DNA of 64,000 nt from Prorocentrum cordatum (taxonomy: Eukaryota). Of the stretch, positions 50,601 to 62,745 are shown piece by piece; position 1 is the stretch's first letter; the number at the start of each line of letters is the position of its first letter. A program made the position numbers and the translations under genes. Below the pieces are notes generated by a model that was not told the origin of the DNA, ran no database searches, and was given only the letters and a program-made list of their open reading frames with translations. Location: contig CAUYUJ010000216.1 in NCBI GenBank assembly GCA_963575745.1, positions 1-64,000 on the forward strand. Reading direction: 5' to 3'.

Positions 50601-50618
50601 GGGATTCGGGACGGGGGG
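50601..50618 (+). promoter_or_regulatory. Polypurine tract
   Basis: GGGATTCGGGACGGGGGG immediately before the 3' LTR. Confidence 0.75.
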
Positions 50619-50815
50619 TGTGAATAGAACCCGTGTAATACCCTCATATACACTCCTTATCCTCACCTCTCCTGCGCCTGGCCGTTTGGGCTCAGGTATT
50701 GGGACAGATCGATCAGACCTTTGATCGTGCAGGAGGGAAAGACATCCATCTATCCCTCCTTCCCTCTACCAACGGATCAGGGGTTCTGTGCCCTTGTACT
50801 TCAACCCCATACACA
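50619..50815 (+). repeat. 3' LTR
   Basis: Direct repeat of 32865-33061, followed by the GAGGG TSD. Confidence 0.97.
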
Positions 50816-50998
50816 GAGGGTACGTCCTAAGGCCAAATAGAAAATTGCCGGCTTTCGGGCGTGGTTCTGTTCCCCCGCAAGTCCTTTATTGCGTCGCGTA
50901 AACCTTGTCGTTGTAACCTTTCCGTTTGCGTATTGATTGATTGTGCCAATTAAGAAAAAGTAGCATCCGATGAAACTCGCGTGCGCTTCAGTCCACAG

Positions 50999-51554
50999 TT
51001 TTTTTTTTTCTCTTCCCCGGCGTCGTTTTCACATATCAGCTAGCTCCAAGGCTCATTTGAAAACGGAAAACTGCGAAATGAGGCTGAAACGGAAGATACG
51101 GTAAGCAGCGTCAGAGGAGGATCGGGGGGAGGAGGAAGAGGAGGAAAAGAAAAAGAAGAATCTATAAGAGAGAATAAATAAGAATAATCATAATAAGAAG
51201 ACGAAGGATAATAATACGAAACAGACGAAAGAAGAAAGACACATAATAGTAATACGACGAATAAGGAATACTCCTAAGAATAATACGACTAAGAAGAATA
51301 ATATTAGTAAAATGAAGAAAAATAGGAATATTAAAAAACAGAAAACGAATAATACGAATAACAATAATCATAATACAGAAGAATAATACAAACAATAAGA
51401 AGAAGACGAAGAATAATAATATATAGAATAGTAAGAATAATAATACTAATAATACAAATAATACTCATAAGACAAAAAAAAAAAATAAGGAGGAGAGGAG
51501 GAGGAGGAGGAGGAGGAGGAGGAGGAGGAGGAGGAGGAGGAGGAAGAGGGGGAG

Positions 51555-51586
<32 letters not shown>

Positions 51587-51960
51587 GGAGGAGGAGAAGG
51601 AAAGGGAGGAGGAAGAGGAGGAGGAGGAGGACAAGCGGACCATAAAAGGAGAGAAAAACAGTCAGCCCGTAGGTGACCACAAGCAATTCATCCAGGGGGC
51701 ATGCGGGGTCACCTTATCTTGTTGGTAGGTTGGCACGTTCATGGAGCATGGCGTGCGCCACTGACCGTTGTAGGGTTATCCTTGAAAATTCCATCACCAA
51801 TTCCCTTCGCCACATTAAGGCATGGGACGACGAGGTCAAAACGTCGTTTTTTTCCGGATAGCTTATTGTCGTAGTAGGCGTTTCACATTTCGGTCGGGGA
51901 TGACCACGATTAATTCGGAATTTATATCGGAAAGATAGCGAGGCAAATCTATGGGTGCAT
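50999..51960 (-). mobile_element. 5'-truncated 3' end of a CRE-like element with an expanded low-complexity 3' UTR and poly(A)
   Basis: Minus-strand TLQRSVAHAML...PACPLDELLVV matches the C-termini at 57085 and 62508. It is followed by (CCT)n/(TAT,CTT)n and a poly(A) read as T at 50999-51009. Confidence 0.65.
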
Positions 51961-52091
51961 CAGTGCCGGTACGATTGTGTAAGTCAGAAGCTCATAGCTG
52001 CATTATCTTGCGCAAAGGTGCGCGGAACTAGGATTTTGCTGCCAGCTATGGTCCTCAGTTTGTTTGTTATCTCTGTCTATATATATAGTTT

Positions 52092-52240
52092 TGTGTGTAT
52101 GTATGTGTATGTATGTGTATGTGTATGTGTATGTGTATGTGTAGGTGTAGGTGTAGGTGTAGGTGTAGGTGTAGGTGTAGGTGTAGGTGTATGTATGTAT
52201 GTATGTATGTATGTATATATACATATATAGATATATATAC
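52092..52240. repeat. (TGTATG)n/(TGTAGG)n/(TATG)n compound microsatellite
   Basis: Seen directly in the sequence. Confidence 0.95.
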
Positions 52241-52583
52241 GGGCCAATAAAAGACGCCAATACGCATCATTACGACAATATGGGGCAATATGGACTTTTG
52301 TTTTCGCCAATTTTGCATTATTTCTTGCAAGGAATTGAAACATGCGTTGCCTTCCAGACATCTTTATCATATTTGAATCGGCTACCCCTGAAGCTCCTGC
52401 TGAGACCTAATGTGGATGCGCGGAGACTCACGCTTTCAGATCATTGCCGCGATCGGCCCGGAACAAACAAAAAACCCAAAGGGGGGGGGGCGGAACGGGA
52501 GCCATGACGCCCGTCATGCCCCAAGTAATAAAAAATGGTTTATACCCACACAGACCTCAAAGCAGTCCGTGTAAATTCAATGG

Positions 52584-53820
52584 AATTCTTTACGCTTCGC
52601 GTATCCCCACCAGCCCATCTCACAGCAGCAACTCTCGCGAAGCATGCTGACAGTCGTGTTTTTCAGGCGTGTGTCCGCTTGGCCCCGCATATCTCCCCTG
52701 TTCCTCCTTCCTCCCGCCTCCTTGTACATCCTCCTTGTGGGGGGAGCGGGAAAAGGACGAGGCGGAGGAGGAGGGAGAGAAAGCGCTCCTCGTGATTTGA
52801 GTCGTTTGGGGTTTCTCGTCCTGGTGTGAGTCGTTCGGGCCCTTCTTCCTGGTGTGAGTCGTTCGGGCTCTTCGTGGTGTGAGTCGTTCGGGCTCTTCGT
52901 CCTGGTGTGAGTCGTTCGGGCTTCTCGTGGTGTGAGTTGTTCGGGCCCCTCATCCTGGTGTGAGTCGTTCGGGCCCCTCCTCCTGGTGTGACTCGTTCGG
53001 GCTCCTCGTGGTGTGAGTCGTTCGGGGCCCGCGTCGTGGTGTGAGTCGTTCGGGCTCCTCGTGGTGTGAGTCGTTCGGGCGCCTCGTCCTGGTGTGAGTC
53101 GTTCGGGCCCCTCCTTGTGGTGTGAGTCGTTCGGGCTCTTCGTGGTGTGAGTCGTTCGGGCCCCTCGTCCTGGTGTGAGTCGTTCGGGCTCCTCGTGGGG
53201 GGCCTCTTGGGGCCTCTCTTGGGGGCCTCGGGGCCTCTTGGGGGCCTCTTGGGGGCCTCGTGGGGGCCTCTTGGGGGCCTCTTGGGCTTCTTGGGGCCTC
53301 GTGGGGCCTCTTGGGGGCCTCTTGGGGGCCTCTTGGGGGCCTCTTGGGGCCGCTTGGGGGCCTCTGGGGGGCCTCTTGGAGGCCTCTTGGGAGCCTCCTG
53401 GGGGCCTCTTGGGGCCATCTTGGGGCCTCTGGCGACCTCCTCAGAAGCGCAAGTGAGAGCTGCTCCCTGAGGAGGACAAAATGAGCCCAAAACCTTCGTA
53501 AAGCCAATGATTTTGCTATGAGGGAAGATGAGCGCGGCCCCCTCAGAAGGCCAAAATGGGGCCAAAACCCAAGTAAAATCAATGATTTCTGCTTCAAAGA
53601 CGAGCAGAGGGGCCAAACTCCTTCCCCCCGTCGGGGCCAGAATCCTCGTGAGGGTCGTCATTGTTTGGCCCTCCGAGGAGTTTAAATGGACCCCCCTGAC
53701 ACCACCCCGGACTCCCTGTCCAGGTCCAGGGGGAGGGGGTAGGGGGAGGGGTAAACCCCTCCCCGAAGGGGAAGGGGGGTTGAGGACAGAGCGGGTCACG
53801 CCCAAAGGGCTGGTGGGATT
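52584..53820 (-). mobile_element. Helentron-like family 1, copy 2
   Basis: Same termini, hairpin (52592-52602) and internal minisatellites as 13004-14012, with longer arrays. Confidence 0.7.
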
Positions 53821-54329
53821 TGATGGAAAAGTCTGCGCGTGAAGTATTTCGGGTCGGCGGTGTCTGATGAGTACCGCGACGTTTATGTACGCCATAATGC
53901 TTGCATGCACGACAGCGCCTGTGTACACCCCACCGCCCACGTACACCACGGCAGCCGCAATTAACACAACGTCAATGTGTAGTATCGTGTACCCACACCA
54001 ATATTTACCATAATGCTTGCGTGCGTTACAATGCTTGTGTACACCGCGGTGCCTATATGCACCACAGCATCCGCGTGCAACACAACGCTCCATTTGCATG
54101 TCGAATATAGCAGGAATCCGCAATGGACAACGGAGCGCCGCTGGAATCTACAAATTCGCCCGAGCTCGCCCGCATCTTCCAAGCTTTTTCCCATCTGCGT
54201 CCAGGGTCCAGTCAAATTGGCAAAGCGAGAACCAAGTGGACCGATCCAAATCATTCTGCAGTGAATTGTGTTTGAATTGCGCACGTGTGCTGTAGCGCCG
54301 CCCCGCGCGACAGGTGGCACGTGCGAGCG

Positions 54330-56918
54330 AAGCAGCCAAACGCAGAATGCGTGTCCATTGTAGGCCTTCAGGGTTTGATGCCAGTACTTTCCAATAATCA
54401 GCCGGTATGTCGTCAGGTCCGCTGGATTTTCCACGTTTCAGTTGGGAAATGGCGGTTCCAATGTTTAAGCTTGTGAAATCATCATTTGGGATGTTCAGAA
54501 CCCGTATCCACACTTGTCGCCAGTGCACTTTCTATTGCACTTTTTCCAAATATTCAGCCATAGTCTCTGTCTTTTCCTCGCTGTCCACTATTTAGCTTTG
54601 CAGATTCCAGAGCCTGCTTGTCTGCGCGATTTTGACCGGCACATTTTCGTCGGCGAGTCCCAGTCTCCTGCATTAATGGCGTCGTCAACCCATTTCGTTT
54701 TATCTTGTTCGACTGCGCGTCGCACGTCTTTCCAGAATTGTTTCTCCCAAAATTTGTTAATTGACAATCGGCTGTACCTGGCTCCGCAATCAAATCCAAA
54801 ATGCGCCGCGTAACCCCATGCTCGTTGTCGCACCTTTCCGAAAACATATTTTTGTTTTCGCAGTGGCCGCCGCGTCCTTAGCATTGGTCCGAAGATTTTC
54901 CACATTGTGCGTCTGTAGGGCTGGTAAATCGTGTTTTTCGGCTCTGTGTTTGCCTTTTCGGTTGCATTTGAATCGCGATCTCGAAAGTAGCAAGAAAATG
55001 ATCAATGGCTAAAACAGCTTCTCGATGGCTCCGTAAATTTTTGATTGTATTCAGCGTGCAAGGTCTGCAAAGAACAATGTTCAAAATACTGCGGGTTGCA
55101 AAATTGATTGGCAAAAGCGGTCGCACTCCTGGCACTCGGAGAATTACTGTTCTTGTTCTTTACAAGCATTTGTCATAGAAAATGTTTGCGATGAGCGTTT
55201 CCGCGCCCGCGCAGAATTCCATTGGCAAATCTCGATTTGGTGTGTCCACTTCGTCGATGGCTTCGCGACCCCACCCAAATTCTCCAACGATATCATGTTT
55301 TCCATGGTGTTTTCGCCCGGCCCTTGCCTTGAAATCTCCAATGCAGAATTTTGCAAAATTTGCGTTGCACGCCTTATGTTCTTTATCCAACGTGAGAAAT
55401 CACTGCGTTCCAGGGGCGGCCGCATGTTGTGCGGGGCATATACATAAAATATTGCAAATGTTGCGCTTTAGATGCGTATTTTGAATATGCATATTCTTTC
55501 AGAATCTTGTTTTAAGCTTTGTGTGTGACGGCGAAGACGAGGTGCCGCTATAAAACCAACCCCGGCCCAAGATATTGAATCTTCGCTCGGTCCTGAAAAT
55601 GGGCGTGCACATTTGCCCTCGTTTTCCAAGTTTCTTGTAAGCACAATAGATCGATATTGCGTTGCTCCATGTGTATGAAAAGTTCCTATAGTTTCATTTC
55701 TGCGAACCCACAAACATTCCTTTTTCTACATTTTATTGTTTGTATTGCCTGAATTTCTGAATCCGGGTTCGCAATTGGAGATGGAACAGAATGGATGGTA
55801 CCTTTGCCCAAATCGTTTGTTCCAATATTCGATTGAATTGTAATCTCCGGGAAATTCCTGGACGGTGGAACTATGCCCCTGTACCCTTGGCTTCTTTAAG
55901 CTGTTGGTTTCCTTTTGTCCATCCCTTTTGAAACAAATGCCGCGTTCTTTTCCAATGTGTCCGTGATTTGTTGCTGTAAATCAGCTCTTCGGAGATCTTT
56001 CCAATTTTTCCACTATTCGTCGATCCATCCCAAGTTGAGCGTATCATCAACAAGAGATACTTTGAGAACCATTTTCCTTCTGGCTTTCAGTGTGCTGGTG
56101 TCTCCATTGGCTTTGACATTTTCCCGAAGGTACCGCAAACCAAGTACTGTGGATTTGGCAACTCTTTTCTATGGGAGTGTCTTGGCGCAACGGGATCCAT
56201 CCTTTCGCACTTAAGCGGCGCGCGCGGTTTGCCGAACCGGCAATGTTTTTCTGCAGATGTGTTCTGAAGCAAATTTTGTGAATAACATGGCTTTGAAATC
56301 GTACCCGGTCGGGTTTCTTTTGTAGCTTTTCAGTGATAAATCACATTGACCGTTCGTTCGTGTGGCAATTACCCAACGTTTTGCGTCAATTACTGAGGCA
56401 TGCGATAACCACCAACGAATAAAATTGAAGTATTCTTTTGCGTGCTTCCGGAAATAATGCGGATCCCTTCCATGCGTTTGTCGATGTATGCTGGCGTGGT
56501 ATTTGCAGGATGTTGACATCATCGATATTGTGGTCCATTTTTGTCACCTGGCCAAATCATGGTCGTGGTACTTCTTCACGGTGATCTTTAAATATTGAAC
56601 GTTATATGTATTTAAGAATTGAATAACATGCATTGTCGGTGTAATATGTTTTTTTTGTTTGTTGAACATTTGTTGCATGGCTTAGTTTCATAGCTACCCG
56701 TTCTTTTCCACCATTAGAAAAATTAAATATCTTCGTCTTCGCCGTCAATGATCAACGTCTTTTGCTTTGCGTTGGTGTCCGTGTTAACCATCTTGGCAAT
56801 TTTCTTGTCTGGTGCTTCAGGATTACTCCCGTGAGATTTGAGTTTCCTGCCAGTAGGATTTTGAAGGGCGGGAGCCGCGGACATACCAGACATCAGAAGG
56901 ATGGATGCAACTGGGAAG
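54330..56918 (-). mobile_element. Decayed fragment of an APE-type LINE (ORF1 remnant, endonuclease, start of RT)
   Basis: WAGVGFIAAP, CIGDFKAR, VGEFG, AIDHFL and LKRGKSSGPDDIPADYWK, across many frameshifts. Confidence 0.75.
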
Positions 56919-58808
56919 TTTTTTTTTTTTTTTTTGCCATCCCCCGCATCGGACACGAAGCGACGCTGTGCAAGGCTATGCCCGAAAACCTGGCATAGGT
57001 GAAACGCGGCGCAGCGAACAGCCTAAGCAGCGCCAAAGGAGGAGGAGGAGGAGGAGGAGGAGGAAGGAGCGGGCTACCGCCGGACTAAATCACTTCCAAT
57101 TCGTCCAGCGGGCATGCGGGCTCGAGAAGGCTCACCGGCAGGTCAGAATATGGTTGGAGGATTTGGTTCGCCACCGACCGTTGTAGTACGATCCCCAGAA
57201 TGCCCCACCATCTGTGTAGGAGTCCTAACGCAGTCCCTCTTCGGATAGCCCCTGGCAGCGCCCGGCATCGTTCACGTGCGAGCGCGGGCACGAGCGTCAC
57301 TGCTTGCTTCCCCCATCTTCCGTACGTCTCTGATCCAAGGCATTGCAGCGACCCCAATCCCGTAGATACCACTTCCGAATAGTTTGCATTGTTCTCCCGC
57401 TCTGCTGTTTCCATCAGCCGCCCCCCTCTGTTACTCGTCCCTGCCCTCGGGGCCCCGTTCCCGCTGATTGGATGCATAATTGTCACGTCGCAGAATAGGG
57501 GAATACCATGTTCCACGTGAAGCCCCGGAACAATGAGGTCCAAACGCCTTTGATCATTGGAGGGGACGGGGACGTGCGTATGAGCCAGCATCCGCTCTAC
57601 GTTCCTGTCGGGGATAATCCCTCCAGCTTCCGTGAACACTTGCCTCCACGCTCCTACCATAGCAGTATGCCGTGCATTTAGCCTCCCATAGTGGTTCGTA
57701 GTCATGGTAGAGTATCCATGGGGGTCCCCTCCATCAAAAACCACTGCAATTCCCAACCGTCGCCGTATTGCACAAAGCATTTGTGGATTATCCATTGCCA
57801 GCGTGGGAGTCGTAGGGCAGATAGTTAACCAAATAGCTGCATAGGGCCCCATACACGCATAGATTCGAGTTTTGCCGGCCGTTGCGGCATTCCTCCGGGC
57901 ATCTGGTCCCCCACCCAGTTGTTGAAGCAAATTGTTATGAGATTGTTTTTCGAAGTGGTCCGAAGCGTGAAATTGCCACCCATGTGTCCATTCGCCCAAA
58001 GCTAGCGGTTGCTCTGGTGGTGCGGGGGGTCTCTCACCCGCTGCCACCTGGGCCCACGTGGGGCGATCGCGCCATCCAGCGTTGCTGCATATTTGTCCGC
58101 TGCGCTCCGCTTCGACCACACAGTCGGGGTAATTGTGCCCTGCTGGAATATCCCCACCAGATACGGTATCGAAGTGGTGTCGGATATCCCTTCCTATCTC
58201 GGGGAATGCGCGGGTCAAGTTATGCAACGAATCAGCCCAGCTTGCCCAGTAAGCTGCCGGAGAAAGCCTCGTGGAGTCCGTGAGGCCAAGGCCAGCGTAG
58301 CGGAGGGGGAGCGTAGCTTGTGCAACCCAGGTGGCATAAGAAACTCCATGCAAGATGCGATCCCAATTGTCTGGACCTGGGATGCCGAATAGCTCGCTGA
58401 ACGTTGTTAGCACGTTGCGGTCGTGTGTAGCCGCTGCCTCCCTGGACTGGGATGGCGGCGTCGTCCGGAGTAAGTGGTTGAGCCGCGGCACTGCACAGTA
58501 GTATAGTAGGAGCCACGCCATTTGTAGTGAAGGGAGCTTCGGTAAAATGTGTAATAGCTTCGCCTTCGCTGCAGCCTGCGCGTTTCCGAATTCTGCCACG
58601 TATGCATGTGTGCCAAATGGTGACCCTAAGACCCGTATTCCTTGTTCCGCCTCTGGCTTGTCGTAGACCCATGCTGTAGCGCCCCGTGCGTGCAAACCTG
58701 GGGGACAGGGATTGCGGTTTTTGCTCCATGCCGCCAATTTGCCGATGTTGACATCGATATGGCATGTTCCTCGGAGGGTGGCCCGGATAGCGTCATACAC
58801 ATTAGCCA
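56919..58808 (-). mobile_element. 3' part of a CRE-like RT-RLE element (copy B); ORF ends at 57085, then 3' UTR and poly(A)17
   Basis: VLGSPFG, LPLRYAGLGL, YWASWA, RH, RRLDLIV, FCDVT, ETYGRW; T17 at 56919-56935. Confidence 0.9.
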
Positions 58809-61800
58809 CCACAAGCCCGCGAGGCGGCGATCCAACTTTTGCGATTGGTAGATTCGATACCTCTTGGGGCAAGTGACGCGACAATCGACGACTATGTTCT
58901 GCGACACAGATGGTCATCATTCAACATACCGATATTTTGGATGGCAGCCGGGACCAACGATCATTCAGAACTACTCGGATGGATGGAATCAATGGTGCAA
59001 TTCTGCATGGACGAGTTCCCGACTTTCCACACGCTTGTGTCCGTTCAGACCATACGGGATGCATTCACCCACATACGGTTTGGTATACGGCAAATGGGGA
59101 TTGCAAATGCAGACGGGTTGGTTCTATGGCTCCAAGCGAACGGGGCACGACACGCTGTAAACGAACATTTTCCAGAAGAATTGCAAGAACGACTGATGGA
59201 CAATATAGCCGCGTCGACTGCTATGGCAAGGAGGATGGAAACGGTATATTTTGCGATGACAGTGGGCATGTACAAGGCGCCAGATCTGCGACACTTTCTC
59301 TCCCAAGTATTGCAACCCAATCTCCAACCAAGGGCAACGCCACCACTCCCCAGAGAATCCGCGATCCCTGGAGAGGCAGCTCCAGCACCTCGAGGCGAAC
59401 CCTCACAAGCAGCCACGCACAGGGGGGGACGCCCAGGCATTGCTCGAGTGCCGAACGGATGGAGACACATCGACGCTGTGGACATCAAAGAGGAAATCGA
59501 CGTGCAGGTGAAGACACTCAAATCGATCCCAAGATGCATCAGGGGCCCATTTCTGCGCATCTTAACTCAATGTTTAGCTGAAGTGGAGCGGGCACATTTG
59601 TCTTGGGACAGAAATGACAATGCCGAAGGAGATTGCATCCGGGCGTGGATCTTATTTCCTCTCCTCCCTCGCATGCTCCTGCACCCAACCACACACGGAG
59701 GGAAAGCGGGAGAGCGGGATCTCCGAAGACGTGTTGCCCTCTTCGATTCCGGCGAATGGGGGCAGTTGCTGGACCGAGCACGGCAAAGAGCGACCAAACC
59801 ACAGGCGCGCAATGCCAGCCGCACGAAGACCGACACTGAAAACGACGAGGCTAAGATCAACGCAGCGATTTCTCTAATTCAGAAAGGAGAACTCAGCCAC
59901 GCGGCCCGCCTGTTAACCTCCAAAGGGCTTGCCCCAGGCACACGGGCTACGTGCGACGAGTTGGTGAACCCACTGTTACGACCAGCAGAACCAGCTGAAG
60001 ATTTCCCTACAAACCTCGAGGACTTCCACACTGAACCAGTTGAATTGGATAAAGGAGTTTTTGCGCAAGTTCTCCGCGAATCCAGACGGGGTCTGAGTGG
60101 TGGCTTATGGGGTAGCCGATACGAATACTACAAAGCATGTCTGGAGGACGACGCGGCCTTCGACTCTTTACACGAAGTGGCGCAAAGACTGGCGAAAGCA
60201 GAAGTCCCGATTGTCATAAGAGATGTTTTGTTGGTGTCCTCACTGACGGCCCTTCTCAAACCCAACTCGCGGGTACGGGGCATCTCAAGCGGGGATACTT
60301 TCAGACGGCTGGTAGCCAAATCATTGGCCCGACAATTGCGAACGCCCCTACGTGACGCAGTATCGCCATTGAATTTCGGGCTACACGATCGCAGCGGCAC
60401 CGATGCAGCCATCCACTTGCTCCGGTATCTCTCAGATGCAGACCCTGATAAAGTAGTTCTCAGCATCGACGGGGTCGGAGCCTTCGACCACATCTGCAGG
60501 GCGAGGATGTTCGAGGAGCTCATGCGTACACGCGAACTTCACGGGCTTCTACCGTTTGTGAGGCAATGGCATGCCGTGCAATCCAAATTCAAATGGAGAG
60601 ATTGTGACGGGAAGGTCTACACGATACGGCAAGGAGACGGAGGGGAACAAGGCGACGCGTTGATGCCGGCTTTATTATGCCTGGCTTTGCGGCCCGCCTT
60701 ACAACGAATTCAAGAATCCCCCCCACCAGGTTCCCACGTCATCGCCTACTTGGACGACGTATATATCGTTTGCAATGCGGCGGATGCCTCGGGTATATGC
60801 GATCTAGTACGCGATGCTCTACGGGAGGTTTGCCACATCGATGTGAACATTGGGAAACTTGCGGCCTGGAGCAAGCGCCCCAACCCGTGCCCGCCAGGAC
60901 TGGCCCAGCGGGCGGCGAACGTATGGATACACGACAAACCCGCAGCAGAGCAAGGTTTACGAGTGCTGGGCGCACCGATGGGCACTGATGCATATGTCGA
61001 GGCCTTCGGGGCCACGCTGGCAGAGGAGAAGGCGAAGCTACTACAAACACTACCTCAGCTCCCTTCGCTTCAGGCAGCATGGCCCCTACTTTACTTTTGC
61101 GCAGTGCCGAGGCTGAACCACCTGCTACGGACCACGCCGCCAGCGCAATCCAGAACTGCTGCCATTGCGCACCGCAGCCACGTTTTGAATGCGTTCAAAA
61201 CGTTACTCGGCATCCCAGGCCCAGAAGAATGGGCTGAAACAGTGCACGGAATCACTTATGACACGTGGGTGGCCCAAGCAAAGCTTCCACTGAGGTATGC
61301 CGGATTGGGGTTGCGCGACTCCGTACGGTCCGCACCCGCAGCATATTGGGCCAGCTGGGCAGACTCAATCGAAAGCTTGGTACAGCGGTTCCCGACGGTG
61401 GGTAGGGACATCATTTACCATCTGGGAGCGTTACATTCAACACCACATCCGGAGGCAGAGCGGCGACCCGATTGCTTAAAGGCCGCGGAACTGGCCGGGC
61501 GAGTTTGCGCAGACATGGGATGGACCAGCCGACCTACGTGGGACAACTTGGCTACTGGAGAAAGGCCGCGTGCCCCCGACCCACATCCTCATGCTCTCGG
61601 CGAATGGACCCATGGGTGGCAATTCCACGCATCGGACCCTATCGAAGCATCCGCACATGCCGCACTACTTCGCACGCTGGGGGGGGGAGATGGGGCCAGG
61701 AGAAACGCAGCGACGACGGGGAAGACACGGATCTTTTCCTGCATGGGCCCATATGCAGCAACATGGCTCACCATATGCCCCACTACCGACAATTTACGAT

Positions 61801-62745
61801 TGGATAACAAGACTATGTCTTGTGCCATCCGCCGCCGGATTGGTATTGCTGTCAAATATGACGGCCGGGACCCGCATGGCCATGCCGTAATGACAACAAA
61901 CCATAATGGAAGGCTCAACTCAAGACATACGCAAATGGTGAATGCGCGGCGACAGGTTCTAATGGAAGCAGGGGGGCAGATACCAGACAGAAGTGTGGGA
62001 CGCTTACTCCGAGAAACGCACATACCGATCCCAGCAGGCGACGATCGACGGCTAGATCTTATTGTTCCTGGGCTCAATGTCGATCGAGGGTTGCCACTCT
62101 TCTGCGACGTTACTGTGGTATCTCCCCTTGCACGCACGGGAGGCCCGCGCTACGGAACAAGCAACAGAGGTGGGAAGATGTTGGAAAGGGCCGAACAAGA
62201 CAACAATGTGACTTATCACGACGTTATTTCAACGGGACTGGGGTCACTACAGTGTCTGGGGGCAGAGGTGTTTGGAAGATGGGGCAAACAACCCGTGCGG
62301 TTACTGCCCGCACTGGCCAAGGAACGGTGCAGGTACCTACATGTGCGAATACGGCGGGGCACAACATTGGGCCTTCTACACAGATGGTGGGGGCTCCTTG
62401 GCTACTCTGCAAAAAGCCGTAAGCCACATGGTGCTGGAGGAGTGGTCAGATATCCCGACTCTGAGGCTTGAAGCCCCCTGCCCGCTGGACGAGCTCGTTG
62501 TCCTGTAGGCTGGAGGGGGCGCCTTCCCTCCTCCTCCTCCTCCTCCTCCTCCTCCTCCTCCTCCTCCTCCTCCTCCTCCTCCTCCTCCTCCTCCTCCTCC
62601 TCCTCCTCCTCCTCCTCCTTTTCCCTGCTTAGCCGCGCGCCGGGGCTGTGCAGGTTCCGTCGTGTTTCACCCCGTTTGCGTTTAGCGAATGGCACTTGGA
62701 GGTGTATGTGTGTGGGCTGCGCTGCGGGGGGGGGGGGGGGGGAAA
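58806..62745 (+). mobile_element. 5'-truncated CRE-like RT-RLE non-LTR retrotransposon (copy A)
   Basis: One long ORF, then a 3' UTR with (CCT)n at ~62527-62618, ending in a G run plus AAA. Confidence 0.9.
58839..62508 (+). CDS. RT plus restriction-like endonuclease protein (one frameshift near 62400)
   Basis: VRGISSGDTFRRL, SIDGVGAFDH, GEQGDALMP, AYLDDVY, VLGAPMG, RRLDLIV, FCDVT, EVFGRW. The C-terminus CPLDELVVL is in the 62272-62508 frame. Confidence 0.9.

Larger units (their letters stand above)
32865..50815 (+). mobile_element. Complete giant Ty1/Copia LTR retrotransposon (17,951 bp) with 3' accessory coding region
   Basis: TG..CA 197-bp LTRs with 3 mismatches, GAGGG TSD (32860-32864 and 50816-50820), PBS, PPT, and domain order gag-PR-IN-RT-RH. 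Confidence 0.97.

Noticed and set aside
52820..53190. GGTGTGAGTCGTTCGGGC repeats (also 13243-13395) as a CRISPR array
   Set aside because: The intervening sequences are short and near-identical; this is a minisatellite inside a dispersed repeat.
52663..54123. 486-aa minus-strand ORF
   Set aside because: Runs through minisatellites and across the element boundary.
56919..62745. Twin-priming product of a single insertion (B and A head-to-head)
   Set aside because: A and B overlap in content, are clearly diverged, and have no shared outer TSD; a nested insertion fits better.
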